Positions 27,901 through 38,380 of a DNA stretch of 64,000 nucleotides are shown piece by piece (the first letter of the stretch is position 1; each line of letters starts with the position of its first letter). Origin of the DNA: a virus; the IMG/VR virus record IMGVR_UViG_3300037493_002747, positions 11,761 through 75,760 of that record, one strand, 5' to 3'. The position numbers and the translations under genes were made by a program. Below the pieces are notes generated by a model, which was given only the letters and a program-made list of their open reading frames with translations, made no database searches and was not told where the DNA came from.

Positions 27901-30900
27901 TGGATTGAAGCGTGAAATCGCAGGGACTACTCTTGGGCAAGCACAAGATACTGGAGCTTTCACAAGAGAATACAAGGATGTTGCTGAATCTAAAGATATT
28001 GGTTTGGCGAAAGAAGCCGTAACGAAGACTCAAGAAGCCATGGTGAAATCATCAAAAATGGTTAGTGATTCTGTCAAAGCATATGAGGAAGCAAAGGTTG
28101 CGGCAGTTGCTAGTGGCAATGATTTGCTCAAAAAATATGATGAAGAACTCCTTAATGATAAGATGGATGGGGCCAAGAGATTGGCCATGCAAGAGGAAAG
28201 GAACAGACTGAAGGCACTTCAGGATTCTAAGGCATTCGGTACGGATGCTTCTAAAGAGTTGGTTGCAGCAAAAGGGAGACAGGGAAAGAAGAAAGCTGAA
28301 ATTGAAATTCTGGAAGATAAACGAAAGGGAGAGTTTGAAATAAAGCCGATGGCTGATGCAGCTAGTTCTAAGAAAGAACTTGATATCTATGGCAAGCAGA
28401 AGAAGAAGCTGGAAGAAAAACGTGATATAAAACAAAAAGAACTTACAGATGTTGGTGGTAGCGATGAAAAATCGGAGGAGGCTCTTAAGGAAGTAGACAA
28501 GTTGAAAGGTGAGATAAAAGAGTTGAATGAGAAGATGACTCCTCTCATGAAAACAGTTTCCGAAGTTTCTTCTGATTTAAGTATAAAGATAAAAGCAATA
28601 AAGCCGGATTTGCCTACCGAGAAGATAACAGAAGCCGTAGAAGCGATTATGAACTCAGGCGGCGACATTGACAAAATGAGTAAGGCTCTAGAAGGATTCG
28701 GTCTTGCGGAGGTAGTAAAAGAAAGTATCAACAAGACAAAAGAGATTACTAAGGAGATAGGTGCTCTGAAAGACCAGAAGGGAGTTATTGACCAGGTTGT
28801 TGTACAGCATGAGTCGGTAGTCTCTAAAGAAGATGGGGTTACAACGACACTGAAGGCGCAACTTGAGGCTGTTAAGAAGCATAGTGATGCTGTCAATGAA
28901 TTAGTAAATTCTTACAAAAGATCTCTTGAGGGTGATTACAAAGAACTTCGCGTTAAGAGAGAGTCAGTTACTGCAACACAAGAGCAGGTAGCAATAGCCG
29001 GGCTTCATGGTTCTGCAACTGCGGAGTTGGCAAAACTTGGAGAGGAAGAAGGTAATTTAGCCAGAGAAGAATATGCTTATGCCAAGTCCAGTGTTAAACA
29101 GTTAGAAGGCATAATTGCAGAACATCAGAAAGCTGTTGATTTAGCAAAACAAGTATCAGATGCGAACCCGAAAGATTTGTCTTTGAAGAAAGTATATGAG
29201 AGGGCATTAATCGAAATGGCAGGATATGAGACTCTGGCTTCTAATGCTAAAGATAGTTCGGAGAGAGCTATTCGCAAGTTGAAATTGGCAGGAGAGGGTG
29301 TGGATGAAGGATTGCAAGGATTTGCAAAGAGTATTACTGGAATCAATCTGACGAATATATCAGATTTGGCTAGTACACTGGCAGAGAGTGCTGAGTATAC
29401 AGGAGATGTAGGAAAGGCTTCAGCGGAAAGTTTCAGGTTAGCTAAATATGCGTCTGATGAATGGTTGAAGAATGAGAAGGAGATTATCAAGGCGAGGATT
29501 GCTACTGCTAAAGCCAATATTGAAGCTGAAGCTGAAATTGTAAAACAGGATGCTCTGACCAAGAACAAGGATATGTCTCCGGAAGCAGCAGAGGCATTGA
29601 AGCAGCAGACGATAGCAGATATGAAGTCGGCGGTAGCGAATAAGGAGAAACTTGCGTATGCCCAGGCGGAACTCAAACACAAGAAAGATGTTGTAGGAGC
29701 CGCAAAGAGGTCCAAGGAACTGAAGGAGGGTGAGCTTAATATTCAGCAGGGTTTGATTGATGACGCTATGTCGTTTGCGTCGGAGTTCGGCGGGTCTTTC
29801 GCATCAATCAATGCATTGCAGAATTTGAGTGTTGGTGTTGCCAGACAACAGTTGGATGTTGCCAAGGAATTCAGAGACAATATTCAGCAGGCATTCGAGG
29901 CTGCGGCAGGTGATGCTAATAAGCAGGCTGAGGTCGGCAAGGCATTGTTTCAGGCTCAAGCGGATGTGGCTACGCAGACTCTTAATCTTCGCAGGAAGGA
30001 GCTTGGCGTTCAGAAGAATATGATGGAGCAAATGCTTGGAGGTGTGTTTGGAGAGATGAGGAGCAATTTTGGAGCACGTCGTCAGATGGGTTCGGACGTG
30101 TCGATGATGGGCATAAATGCTACTCGTATGAAGTCAGCTTCTGGAATGTATGTCAATACTCCTGGTGGTAAGCCCGGAACAATCGAAGAACGGCGTAATA
30201 GACGGATGTTGGGTGGGGCTGGTGGGGCCGGTCCTTTGGATGAATTGGCGAAGATGGGTGGGCCGATGGCTGAGGTTGCCAAGGCGATGAACAAGTCTCC
30301 TTCACGAGAACAGCAGGCGAAGTTGTTGGAGGAAGCAAATGCTACTAGTAAGAACACGAAGGACGTGGCGAACTCAACTAGTCGAGGAGATCAGCCGGGA
30401 TCATTTTACACGCATGATACGACAGCAGAGGGATTACTTGGAGGTATTCTCGGGGTATTGAGGGAGCTTACGGTAGGCATGTTGGATTCAGCGTTTACAT
30501 CAAAATCAAAAGATGCAGGAGTAGTTGGAAAGAGATTGGACGATGTTATTGCTGGGGCAGCTAAGACAGCGGCATCGGTAAAGGCGACTACGACACAAAA
30601 AGAGGATACGACTGCCGGTGTAGAGACAATTAAGAAGAATTCTGAAAAGGTGGCTGGTCTGGAAGATGCTATAAGGATTCGGGAAAATGAGAATCCGATA
30701 GCAACAGGTGTTGAAGACCATAACAGGGTTCGGGCAGGCAGACCAATGACGGCAGATGGGGCCAATAAGGCATACATGGAGGCTTACCAGAAGTTTGGGG
30801 AAGGCTCTAAGGAAGTTGAAGCTGCAAGGAAGGACTATGAGATTGCTTCAAGCAATTCAGTGGAGGCGAATAAGGCATCAGTGGGTGAGAATAGGGCTAG

Positions 30901-31459
30901 CCCAGTTTCGGCTGCGAAAAAAGCCAGAAATATGTCTAAAATGGTTGGGATTGGTGGTCGTTCAAGTTTGATGGGTACAATGCTTGGTGGGATGAGGACT
31001 GGAATAAAAGAGATGGGTGGTTTGGGGAACACCAAAGAGATGAGTGGTTTGGGCAGCATGAAAGAGATGCGTGGTTTGAAGCCTCTTGGTGGTGTGACGA
31101 AGCAGGGTGGAAACACATCGGGTGGGGTTAAGACGGTTGGCGGTGCGACTGCAACTGGACTTGGCATGACTAAGGCGGGATATGCAGCGAATACCGCAGG
31201 TGGGGATACAATGGCTAGTAGGGCTGCGGGAACGGAAGTAGCACCACCGTCAGTTGGTATGACAGCAGCAAGGGCTCCTGGTGGTTCTACAGGAGGTGGC
31301 GGGATAGAGGCTGGGTCGAGTATCACTGTAAAAGGAGAGATGATGGTCAAGTTTGACAACAAAATGTTCCAGCAGCAGATGACGGCTGTAGTATTGACCA
31401 TCATGAACAATAGTCAGGCGCAGAAGCAGATTCAAAACGCCGTCTTGAAGAAGTCTTGA
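24914..31459 (+). CDS. tail tape measure protein (2181 aa)
   Basis: Very long A/G/K/E-rich coiled-coil ORF with glycine-zipper hydrophobic segments, following tube and chaperone genes. Confidence 0.85.
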   Translation: MPFSTEELAKKFGDSAEDVKKSLEGMLGAADDVDKVFEKMTERQEAAAQIQDKFAKALASSSKSLTGIGHSGISAARGIKTIDSVSRSAASSLGSLGIGAVSAVAGFKALSSGASSFSSDIENTEKSIAGLVKGIGGLEAKLGGLKAASVSVDVVIGSLSALDDFEKRIKALPQNVSVNVSTGAAAKTGAGAASASAGAASAKAMANAAAKAMASRKTPASAGTLSAAMWGGPNAAKKAGRLSGEYGGKAFAENYAEQVAKNIRSKSIKSMKDKMTLMADDTEKIKTPEGKKKYVELAVKIGKKGEVSEILDELSDNQSKLFKRNVGKMGMEKAIDSLIAKTPILALRVKKAMSEAAEAAEEAISPFKRLEDQVNSEAKTFKEFISQNVAKGGVEFGEFAGGLTKSATGMFAVGLAAAFVATKISEMAEKYANYASELAKYRVETSALEDTIAGLGKNGLEPLRKELGLTRDQAADFYQVLKTGVNELGMSPGKIMEVSKALSDTFGGDQTARLKQYVDLLKEIPTIDADLSITASMDDQAASIYALAKSGKMDVVMDLQSAGLFGGKQERKEGADLADSNQAVAKNTEAIKDFLTGSLFGTWTPYLVALTQGVSALVAAFVSGLAIWGGMKAVQGVFKTASIATMWATCKAMVAAILSSKSGGRGRTGKGAVKGAVKGASTTAAKAAAKAVGSKAAATVATTASKKVATTAAKSAISLSKFGGIAAKIGPKLLGIGLAVVGVELACGMAADKLEETGKTAAAAGTRIAGSAASIAGFALTGATIGGAIGLLGGPLAAVTATAGAVVGALVGLAVEAKTLYKSFKTLGVSAWEYIKKFGSSKKSEPTTALGKAAIELNAQLIEEHAKMAKSGMALEQSMNRLKAAVNSAKFEFLELSARLSKIQLKNIGEIGGSMAGFTSAMQKGEDAARKIFNEKKAVNEAERKRIMGSTDMQPDQRQSAYDTVREAELKAANDFAEALSDLATTLYQTPELIQNGLKREIAGTTLGQAQDTGAFTREYKDVAESKDIGLAKEAVTKTQEAMVKSSKMVSDSVKAYEEAKVAAVASGNDLLKKYDEELLNDKMDGAKRLAMQEERNRLKALQDSKAFGTDASKELVAAKGRQGKKKAEIEILEDKRKGEFEIKPMADAASSKKELDIYGKQKKKLEEKRDIKQKELTDVGGSDEKSEEALKEVDKLKGEIKELNEKMTPLMKTVSEVSSDLSIKIKAIKPDLPTEKITEAVEAIMNSGGDIDKMSKALEGFGLAEVVKESINKTKEITKEIGALKDQKGVIDQVVVQHESVVSKEDGVTTTLKAQLEAVKKHSDAVNELVNSYKRSLEGDYKELRVKRESVTATQEQVAIAGLHGSATAELAKLGEEEGNLAREEYAYAKSSVKQLEGIIAEHQKAVDLAKQVSDANPKDLSLKKVYERALIEMAGYETLASNAKDSSERAIRKLKLAGEGVDEGLQGFAKSITGINLTNISDLASTLAESAEYTGDVGKASAESFRLAKYASDEWLKNEKEIIKARIATAKANIEAEAEIVKQDALTKNKDMSPEAAEALKQQTIADMKSAVANKEKLAYAQAELKHKKDVVGAAKRSKELKEGELNIQQGLIDDAMSFASEFGGSFASINALQNLSVGVARQQLDVAKEFRDNIQQAFEAAAGDANKQAEVGKALFQAQADVATQTLNLRRKELGVQKNMMEQMLGGVFGEMRSNFGARRQMGSDVSMMGINATRMKSASGMYVNTPGGKPGTIEERRNRRMLGGAGGAGPLDELAKMGGPMAEVAKAMNKSPSREQQAKLLEEANATSKNTKDVANSTSRGDQPGSFYTHDTTAEGLLGGILGVLRELTVGMLDSAFTSKSKDAGVVGKRLDDVIAGAAKTAASVKATTTQKEDTTAGVETIKKNSEKVAGLEDAIRIRENENPIATGVEDHNRVRAGRPMTADGANKAYMEAYQKFGEGSKEVEAARKDYEIASSNSVEANKASVGENRASPVSAAKKARNMSKMVGIGGRSSLMGTMLGGMRTGIKEMGGLGNTKEMSGLGSMKEMRGLKPLGGVTKQGGNTSGGVKTVGGATATGLGMTKAGYAANTAGGDTMASRAAGTEVAPPSVGMTAARAPGGSTGGGGIEAGSSITVKGEMMVKFDNKMFQQQMTAVVLTIMNNSQAQKQIQNAVLKKS

Positions 31460-31460
31460 T

Positions 31461-33977
31461 ATGAGTAACCCAGTAGTAACATTTACGAACAGCATTGATG
31501 AGCCGTCTGATCCTCAAACGGTTCGCAAGACGTACACTATGAAGGTGTTTGATTCGATCAACTTCTTCCTCTATAACGAAGGAGAGGATTCCTCTAATTT
31601 CACTCCAGGGGATATGGGAATGGAGTTTTATCTGTGGTATCGTGTAAGTGGCGCACAAGGTCCACAAGGGTTTACCCAGAAGCCAAATTTTATAACGGAT
31701 ACTAGTTGGACAAGTATGAAGGCGGCTCCTTCAGGATTCATTACTCCGAATAAGTCGGTTATGCCCAAACTTCTTGGTCCATCGACGCTTCTGGTCGATA
31801 ATGGATTAAGAACAACAGTAGGAGTGTTTCAAGCATTGCGTTGGGATGCTGTAACGAGTACTTGGTATGACGGATTTAACTGGAATATGGACAAGTTTAA
31901 CAATTTGTCTATTCCTTCTGATAAATGGTTTAAGTTTGGACAAGTAGGTTCTACCTTCGGTGCTCAATATGTTTCAATCAAGGCCAAGGATGATAATCTT
32001 GGCACCAATAAGATGGAGATGTATTTGGAAAGTCCTAACCCTCCTTTAATCCCAGGTGATTGGGATAATACGACTTTGGTAGTGGGAGGGGCTTTCACAT
32101 TAATGTTGAACATTGTAGGAATCACTCCTGGGAAGGCAGGAGCAACGAATACAGATTTGAGCCGGTGGAAGATTACGATCAAGTTCGGCGACGTAACGAT
32201 GACGATTGCTGATGCTAGTACGATGAATGTCAATATTGCAGGGGATGGTCCTCTTGGTAATGACACAATGGTAAATTTGGCAGAAGGTGCGGCTAAGGAA
32301 GGGCCACCGCAACAGAGTTTTATTGCAGATAAGCCTCCTTTACTTATCAATGTGATTCCGTGTTGGAATGGGGTTATCGTATCTACGGGGCAGCAGGAAA
32401 CTCGTGAAGTCGTTAGGTCTGCGCCAACATTCTGTCGCAAGTTGAAGAATTCATCGATCCAAATGGCTCCTTATTCCACATGGTTTGACCCTATGAACCC
32501 GGCAGATGTTGAGGTTGGAACGGATTCGGGGGCGGTAATTGTGGATTTCGGAACACGGATGGATGTGGTTGCTGAAAATTGTAGATTTGAGATCGCTTAT
32601 TTGCCCAAATTTTTCGTAAAGGCTATGGCGTTTGATGGATGGTTATTGCTGTCAAAAGATACGGATGACATTACTTATGATTACAACATCTACACTATTT
32701 ACACCTATAATGACGATAGTGATTGGGTAGTTGCCCTACCGACGGTTACTGACTCGGGGACAGCAGGAACGCCTGACAATAGTTCTTATTTCTATATTCC
32801 TTGGTCTATGGCGACTACTTCTGAGAAGCATAAAAGGTATGCAGGTGAAATCTTTGCATACATCTTGGAAACAAAGGAGACTAGGACAACTAGCATCAAA
32901 AATGGGAATGGCAATTTTGACATAACATGGTCCGGCGGAACAGCAGGAGATTCTGAAGTTACTGATGATACTGATTGGGAGAAGTATATCAAGAATGTCA
33001 GTGTTACTATTGGATTAGATGGTTCGAGTGGTACGATGACGGTAGATAAGTATGGTGTGGCTGGACAGGACGCTATTGCAGATCAGAGTATTGGAGCCGT
33101 TGTTCTTGAAGTTACGGGCGGAATCAGCACAAAGGAAGGAACGATTTTCAAGGGACTTGGGATGGGGATATCGAATGCAGAAACTTCGGGAGACTCAGTC
33201 TGGACAGTTCCGCTGCTAGGATTAGAGAAGAAGCTTGAAGATATAGCTCTCATCAATCCGCCATATATGGATGGAGAAACTTTAGCTACGGCATTGGATT
33301 ACTTGTGTCGTAGTGCAGGTATAATACATGATATGTCGGCAGCAGATGGAACAGTAACCCTTTCAGCTTCGGAGGAAATAAATACAGCAAGATTTGATTG
33401 GAAATCAGGAACATCTATCAAGACTGCATTGGACGATGTAATGGGCGATACGAAACATGTGTATGTTGTCAGAGATGGTAAAATCTTCTTTTACGAATTA
33501 GGGACAGATGGACTTCCAACTACGTTGGGAGATGATCAGTCTACGGGATATGATTTTACCAACATGGTGGCGATAGATAAGACTCCGGATTTTGATGATC
33601 TTCGTAACTATGTCGTTGCAATGGCAATGCAGAAAGTTCCTGAAGGACAAGGAACGGAAATCCAACAAGTTCCAACATGGCCAATGATCGAAACCAGAAC
33701 GAAGACAACGACACCGGATGTTCCATGGGCCAAATGTATGGTTGCAGTATATTCTGGCTTATTGGACCCTGCGACTCTAGCAGATATTGCAGATAAGTTG
33801 GATAATCAAACTTCCACTTACGAATTAAGTGGAAGGATTACAATTCCTGGGAATGCGGAGATCAAGCCGTATGACCAGTGGGGCACTGACTATGTGATTA
33901 TGTCTGTGACACACAATGTAGATCTTGACGCGAAGACGTGGACGACGGATTTGGAATTTATGAGGAAAGCGTTGTAA
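31461..33977 (+). CDS. putative baseplate hub/tail tip protein
   Basis: Follows the tape measure gene; C-terminal PGN..IKP.D....YVI.SVTH....WTT.L typical of hub proteins. Confidence 0.6.
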   Translation: MSNPVVTFTNSIDEPSDPQTVRKTYTMKVFDSINFFLYNEGEDSSNFTPGDMGMEFYLWYRVSGAQGPQGFTQKPNFITDTSWTSMKAAPSGFITPNKSVMPKLLGPSTLLVDNGLRTTVGVFQALRWDAVTSTWYDGFNWNMDKFNNLSIPSDKWFKFGQVGSTFGAQYVSIKAKDDNLGTNKMEMYLESPNPPLIPGDWDNTTLVVGGAFTLMLNIVGITPGKAGATNTDLSRWKITIKFGDVTMTIADASTMNVNIAGDGPLGNDTMVNLAEGAAKEGPPQQSFIADKPPLLINVIPCWNGVIVSTGQQETREVVRSAPTFCRKLKNSSIQMAPYSTWFDPMNPADVEVGTDSGAVIVDFGTRMDVVAENCRFEIAYLPKFFVKAMAFDGWLLLSKDTDDITYDYNIYTIYTYNDDSDWVVALPTVTDSGTAGTPDNSSYFYIPWSMATTSEKHKRYAGEIFAYILETKETRTTSIKNGNGNFDITWSGGTAGDSEVTDDTDWEKYIKNVSVTIGLDGSSGTMTVDKYGVAGQDAIADQSIGAVVLEVTGGISTKEGTIFKGLGMGISNAETSGDSVWTVPLLGLEKKLEDIALINPPYMDGETLATALDYLCRSAGIIHDMSAADGTVTLSASEEINTARFDWKSGTSIKTALDDVMGDTKHVYVVRDGKIFFYELGTDGLPTTLGDDQSTGYDFTNMVAIDKTPDFDDLRNYVVAMAMQKVPEGQGTEIQQVPTWPMIETRTKTTTPDVPWAKCMVAVYSGLLDPATLADIADKLDNQTSTYELSGRITIPGNAEIKPYDQWGTDYVIMSVTHNVDLDAKTWTTDLEFMRKAL

Positions 33978-33978
33978 T

Positions 33979-34182
33979 ATGAAAATGGCAGTACAATGGT
34001 TTGCAAAACATACTCAGCAGGCGGTTATGGCTAGGACTTCTGTTTTGCCAGTAATTGCAAGGACAGGTCCGTCTAATAGGAAGTCATCTTCTCCCATAAA
34101 GACGAAGAAAAATGGAGAAGGTGTCTTTATTGTGGGGCAATCAGAGGTCGGCGGAGATCATCGAGTAGGAGGAACACCATGA
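33979..34182 (+). CDS. small baseplate-region protein
   Basis: 67 aa with FIVGQS.VGG motif; ATGA overlap with the next gene. Confidence 0.55.
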   Translation: MKMAVQWFAKHTQQAVMARTSVLPVIARTGPSNRKSSSPIKTKKNGEGVFIVGQSEVGGDHRVGGTP

Positions 34183-35078
34183 ATAAGAACATGTATAAGC
34201 AGACAACCAAATATTTCGGGATTCCCGTTCCTGGGTGGGGAGATGGCATTTGGCCAGAGATTGAACTACTGAAGTGGCAGATGATTGAAAATATGCTCAT
34301 GGCAGCAATGCGTGGGAATGTTAATGCGGTATTCCGTGAAGGTGATATGCAGTTGAAACGAGAAACTAATGGCACATTTTCAGCACTGCTAACATCGGCA
34401 GGGAATGAGCCGTCCATTCAGGGTTCTGTGGGCGGGGCTTACTTCGATCCATCTAAATCAGTGATATGGACAGGCTTAGAGGCTGGATCGTCGTACTACT
34501 TGTACATTAAGGGTTCAGAAAATACCTTTCAGGATGCAACGGCGGTTATTCCGATTGCGTCACAAACGAGGTTGAATACAAAGTATGCGACACTCGTAGC
34601 CAAGGCGGATTTGACGGGAGACAAGTATACAATCGACCGAAACCCACCCGGAAAAGTTAATGCTAGAGACTTGGCACAGCATGTTCTTGACTATGATAAC
34701 CCTCACGGTGATAAGATAGTTCAGGACGAATTACTCGTTAGGAATCATCTGGCGATAGGAGATGATAACGATGCAGACTTGGAACTCAATGTGAATGGGG
34801 TTGCCCACCACTTTCCAGTGTCAAAATTGGTATCAGTTCTATCGAGGACGATTTTGGATTTCACCTCTGAAGGCTTGGAGGGGAAGATATTGACAGGAAC
34901 TGGCAAAGTGGTATTTGCAAATGTTGTACGAACGACTTATGATGTTGGGGTGGTTGCAGGAGAGATCATAATCGGATTCTACGGAATTGACCCAGATGTT
35001 AAGTCTCCAAATCAAATCATAGTTCGCAACAATGGCGGTGTTGGCATTGCGATGCGGGCGATGATTTCAAGCGAGTAA
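34179..35078 (+). CDS. putative baseplate/tail-fibre attachment protein
   Basis: T.YFG.P N-terminus and H..D..NPH motif. Confidence 0.55.
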   Translation: MNKNMYKQTTKYFGIPVPGWGDGIWPEIELLKWQMIENMLMAAMRGNVNAVFREGDMQLKRETNGTFSALLTSAGNEPSIQGSVGGAYFDPSKSVIWTGLEAGSSYYLYIKGSENTFQDATAVIPIASQTRLNTKYATLVAKADLTGDKYTIDRNPPGKVNARDLAQHVLDYDNPHGDKIVQDELLVRNHLAIGDDNDADLELNVNGVAHHFPVSKLVSVLSRTILDFTSEGLEGKILTGTGKVVFANVVRTTYDVGVVAGEIIIGFYGIDPDVKSPNQIIVRNNGGVGIAMRAMISSE

Positions 35079-35081
35079 ATC

Positions 35082-38000
35082 ATGTCGGATTGGACCAGTT
35101 ACGAAAAAGAGCGATTCTATCATATCGCTCGACAAGCAGAAATCGTGGTCATCAAGGACCGTGATGTCATCGCGTTTATCCCCGAAGCCATAGGGCTTGC
35201 AGCTACACAGGGGATTGATCTTTATCGTAAAAGTGATGAGACATATTCCATGTGGAAGTCTACTCCGCCTGTTGCAGTAGAAGCTTCCGAAAGATTGCTT
35301 TGTTGGACTAGAGTTTCAGGAACAGAGATGGTGTCGGGTTATAGATGGGTTCCTTATATTACTTCCGACAACCCGGACACTACAAAGATATTGCCATTGC
35401 GGGAAGTGTTTTCCCCACGAGTAACCTATGACAGAACTAGCAATATGTTACATCTGTGGTTCTGGACGAATGTCAAATGGGATTACACGGGAACGGAATA
35501 TTCCGAGGACAATATTTTCAAGATTGGGTACAAAGACTACAAAAGCTTTTTTGACAATGCCGCTAACAAGATGACGTGTAAACGAGTCTTGTGTTATGCG
35601 GTAGGACAGTTTGGAAATTACTGGATAAAGGGCGGATTGATTGATGGTTATCAAGGATTTTTGGGGCTACAAGGTGTCCAGAATGATCAGTATGACATTA
35701 TTCCTGTTTTCACTCGACCGACGATCATTACAAATTTTTCGGTAACGAGTTTGGATGACGCTCCCGGACTTATTACTGATGGATGGTACGAGATTCAGGG
35801 TATCCAAAGTGGCTTTCAAGGATTCCAAGGCTTTCAGGGATTTCAAGGCTTTCAGGGTTTTCAGGGCTTTCAAGGATTTCAGGGTTTTCAGGGATTTCAA
35901 GGATTTCAGGGATTTCAAGGATTTCAGGGATTTCAAGGATTTCAGGGATTTCAAGGCTTTCAGGGCTTTCAAGGATTTCAGGGGTATCAGGGTTTTCAAG
36001 GATTCCAAGGCTTTCAGGGATTTCAAGGATTTCAGGGTTTTCAGGGATTTCAAGGCTTTCAGGGTTTTCAGGGATTTCAAGGCTTTCAGGGTTTTCAGGG
36101 ATTTCAAGGCTTTCAGGGTTTTCAGGGTTTTCAGGGATTTCAAGGCTTTCAGGGTTTTCAGGGATTTCAAGGCTTTCAGGGTTTTCAGGGATTTCAAGGC
36201 TTTCAGGGTTTTCAGGGATTTCAAGGCTTTCAGGGTTTTCAGGGATTTCAAGGCTTTCAGGGTTTTCAGGGGTATCAGGGCTTTCAAGGATTTCAGGGGT
36301 ATCAGGGATTTCAAGGCTTTCAGGGATTTCAAGGCTTTCAGGGTTTTCAGGGATTTCGAGGCTTTCAGGGTTTTCAGGGATTTCAAGGATTTCAAGGTTT
36401 TCAGGGCTTTCAAGGCTTTCAGGGTTTTCAGGGATTTCAAGGATTTCAAGGTTTTCAGGGCTTTCAAGGCTTTCAGGGTTTTCAGGGGTATCAGGGTTTT
36501 CAGGGGTATCAGGGCTTTCAAGGATTTCAGGGGTATCAGGGTTTTCAGGGGCTTCAAGGATTTCAGGGTTTTCAGGGGCTTCAAGGATTTCAGGGTTTTC
36601 AGGGGCTTCAGGGTTTTCAAGGGTTTCAGGGTTTTCAAGGAAATCAGGGATTTCAGGGGAATCAGGGTTTCCAAGGGAATCAAGGATTTCAGGGGAATCA
36701 GGGATTTCAGGGGAATCAAGGTTGGCAGGGCAATCAGGGATTTCAGGGGAATCAAGGTTGTCCGGCGTGCATGACTGCCAGCGATATCTATCTACCAACA
36801 TCAGGGTCGGGGTATGCATACCCCGACGTGAATAGTGATTGTTGGTCAGCAGGAGAGATAATTTGCATATCGGTTAGTGGGAAAGTAGATCAAGGCACCA
36901 TCTCGTACATTAATGAGGGTTCTATTCGATTTACACTTGATACTAATCCTTCGACGGGGGGGTACTATTCAAATGGAACCATATGTCATGGTGGTTGTGC
37001 TATCGGAATGCAGGGTTTTCAAGGAAATCAGGGATTTCAAGGCAATCAGGGATTTCAAGGGAATCAGGGATTTCAGGGGAATCAGGGATTTCAGGGAAAT
37101 CAGGGAAATCAGGGAAATCAGGGCAATCAGGGCAATCAGGGAAATCAGGGAAATCAAGGGAATCAAGGGAATCAAGGGAATCAAGGGAATATGGGGTGGC
37201 AAGGTCCGCAAGGTTTTCAGGGATTTCAAGGGAATCAAGGATTTCAAGGGAATCAAGGAAATCAGGGATGTTCGGCGTGTGTTAAGGGTGAGTTCAATGA
37301 TCAGGGATCAGGCAATATCTTTATCAGGGTCTTTACACCTGATTCGGCAGATTGTTTCATTACTGGAGAAACGATTTGTATTTCTGATAATAGTAGTGGA
37401 GTAGTTTTATGTTCCGCAACAGTTACCAGCATTTATTTGGAGAACAACGGTTTCTACGGCAATAATACTAATCCTTCGACGGGGGGGTACTATTCAAATG
37501 TAACTGTATGTCATGGTGGTTGTGCTATCGGGAATCAGGGATTTCAGGGGAATCAGGGATTTCAGGGGAATCAGGGGAATCAGGGATTTCAGGGCAATCA
37601 GGGATTTCAAGGGAATCAAGGGATACAAGGGAATCAAGGTATTCAGGGATTTCAAGGATTTGCAGGATGTGCGGCATGTGAGCAGACGCACAGCTCTTCT
37701 CAGGGCATCAGCATACCAACATCGGGGACTGGTAGTGCCCAGTTGGATTATACTCACAAAGATTGTTGGACTGTAGGAGAAACAATATGCGTATCGGTTA
37801 ATGGGGGGGTATCATATCAATGTTCCCTTACGAGTAAGAGTGAGATTGGCGGGTTTGATATCTATTTTACACCTAATACTTATCCTTCTGTCGCCATAAG
37901 CAATGCTGGTGGAATGGTATGTCATGGTGAATGTGTAACCCAAGGACTTCAGGGATTTCAGGGGAATCAAGGTTGGCAAGGGAATCAAGGATTTCAGGGG

Positions 38001-38366
38001 AATCAGGGCTGGCAAGGAAATCAAGGTTTCCAAGGAAATCAGGGATTTCAGGGGAATCAGGGTTTCCAAGGGAATCAAGGCTGGCAAGGGAATCAAGGAT
38101 TTCAGGGGAATCAAGGCTGGCAAGGGATACAGGGGCTACAGGGATTTCAGGGCTGGCAAGGAATACAGGGTCCGCAAGGGATACAGGGGATACAGGGGCT
38201 ACAGGGATTTCAGGGCTGGCACGGAATACAGGGAAATCAAGGGCCACAAGGGTACCAAGGCCCTGAGATGACATTTGCAACGATTGGAACACCTGTGTAT
38301 ATTCTTGGCAAGGATGCGGGCGGGAACATAGGATGGGTTGCAGTACAGACATTTACATGTCCATAG
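35082..38366 (+). CDS. collagen-like tail fibre with Gly-X-Gln repeats and three Cys-rich domains
   Basis: Four G-X-Y segments (105, 29, 15 and 36 triplets) separated by C..C...DC...GE.IC.S...CHG.C domains. Confidence 0.85.
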   Translation: MSDWTSYEKERFYHIARQAEIVVIKDRDVIAFIPEAIGLAATQGIDLYRKSDETYSMWKSTPPVAVEASERLLCWTRVSGTEMVSGYRWVPYITSDNPDTTKILPLREVFSPRVTYDRTSNMLHLWFWTNVKWDYTGTEYSEDNIFKIGYKDYKSFFDNAANKMTCKRVLCYAVGQFGNYWIKGGLIDGYQGFLGLQGVQNDQYDIIPVFTRPTIITNFSVTSLDDAPGLITDGWYEIQGIQSGFQGFQGFQGFQGFQGFQGFQGFQGFQGFQGFQGFQGFQGFQGFQGFQGFQGFQGFQGYQGFQGFQGFQGFQGFQGFQGFQGFQGFQGFQGFQGFQGFQGFQGFQGFQGFQGFQGFQGFQGFQGFQGFQGFQGFQGFQGFQGFQGFQGFQGFQGYQGFQGFQGYQGFQGFQGFQGFQGFQGFRGFQGFQGFQGFQGFQGFQGFQGFQGFQGFQGFQGFQGFQGFQGYQGFQGYQGFQGFQGYQGFQGLQGFQGFQGLQGFQGFQGLQGFQGFQGFQGNQGFQGNQGFQGNQGFQGNQGFQGNQGWQGNQGFQGNQGCPACMTASDIYLPTSGSGYAYPDVNSDCWSAGEIICISVSGKVDQGTISYINEGSIRFTLDTNPSTGGYYSNGTICHGGCAIGMQGFQGNQGFQGNQGFQGNQGFQGNQGFQGNQGNQGNQGNQGNQGNQGNQGNQGNQGNQGNMGWQGPQGFQGFQGNQGFQGNQGNQGCSACVKGEFNDQGSGNIFIRVFTPDSADCFITGETICISDNSSGVVLCSATVTSIYLENNGFYGNNTNPSTGGYYSNVTVCHGGCAIGNQGFQGNQGFQGNQGNQGFQGNQGFQGNQGIQGNQGIQGFQGFAGCAACEQTHSSSQGISIPTSGTGSAQLDYTHKDCWTVGETICVSVNGGVSYQCSLTSKSEIGGFDIYFTPNTYPSVAISNAGGMVCHGECVTQGLQGFQGNQGWQGNQGFQGNQGWQGNQGFQGNQGFQGNQGFQGNQGWQGNQGFQGNQGWQGIQGLQGFQGWQGIQGPQGIQGIQGLQGFQGWHGIQGNQGPQGYQGPEMTFATIGTPVYILGKDAGGNIGWVAVQTFTCP
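35811..36755 (+). repeat. 9-bp tandem repeat (GGN TTY CAR), 105 copies
   Basis: 945 nt encoding mostly Gly-Phe-Gln. Confidence 0.95.
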
Positions 38367-38380
38367 TGGGAGTTTATTAG

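Noticed and set aside
35667-38352. Long alternative-frame and reverse-strand ORFs over the collagen gene
   Set aside because: Artefacts of a stop-free 9-bp repeat; they end where the repeat ends.
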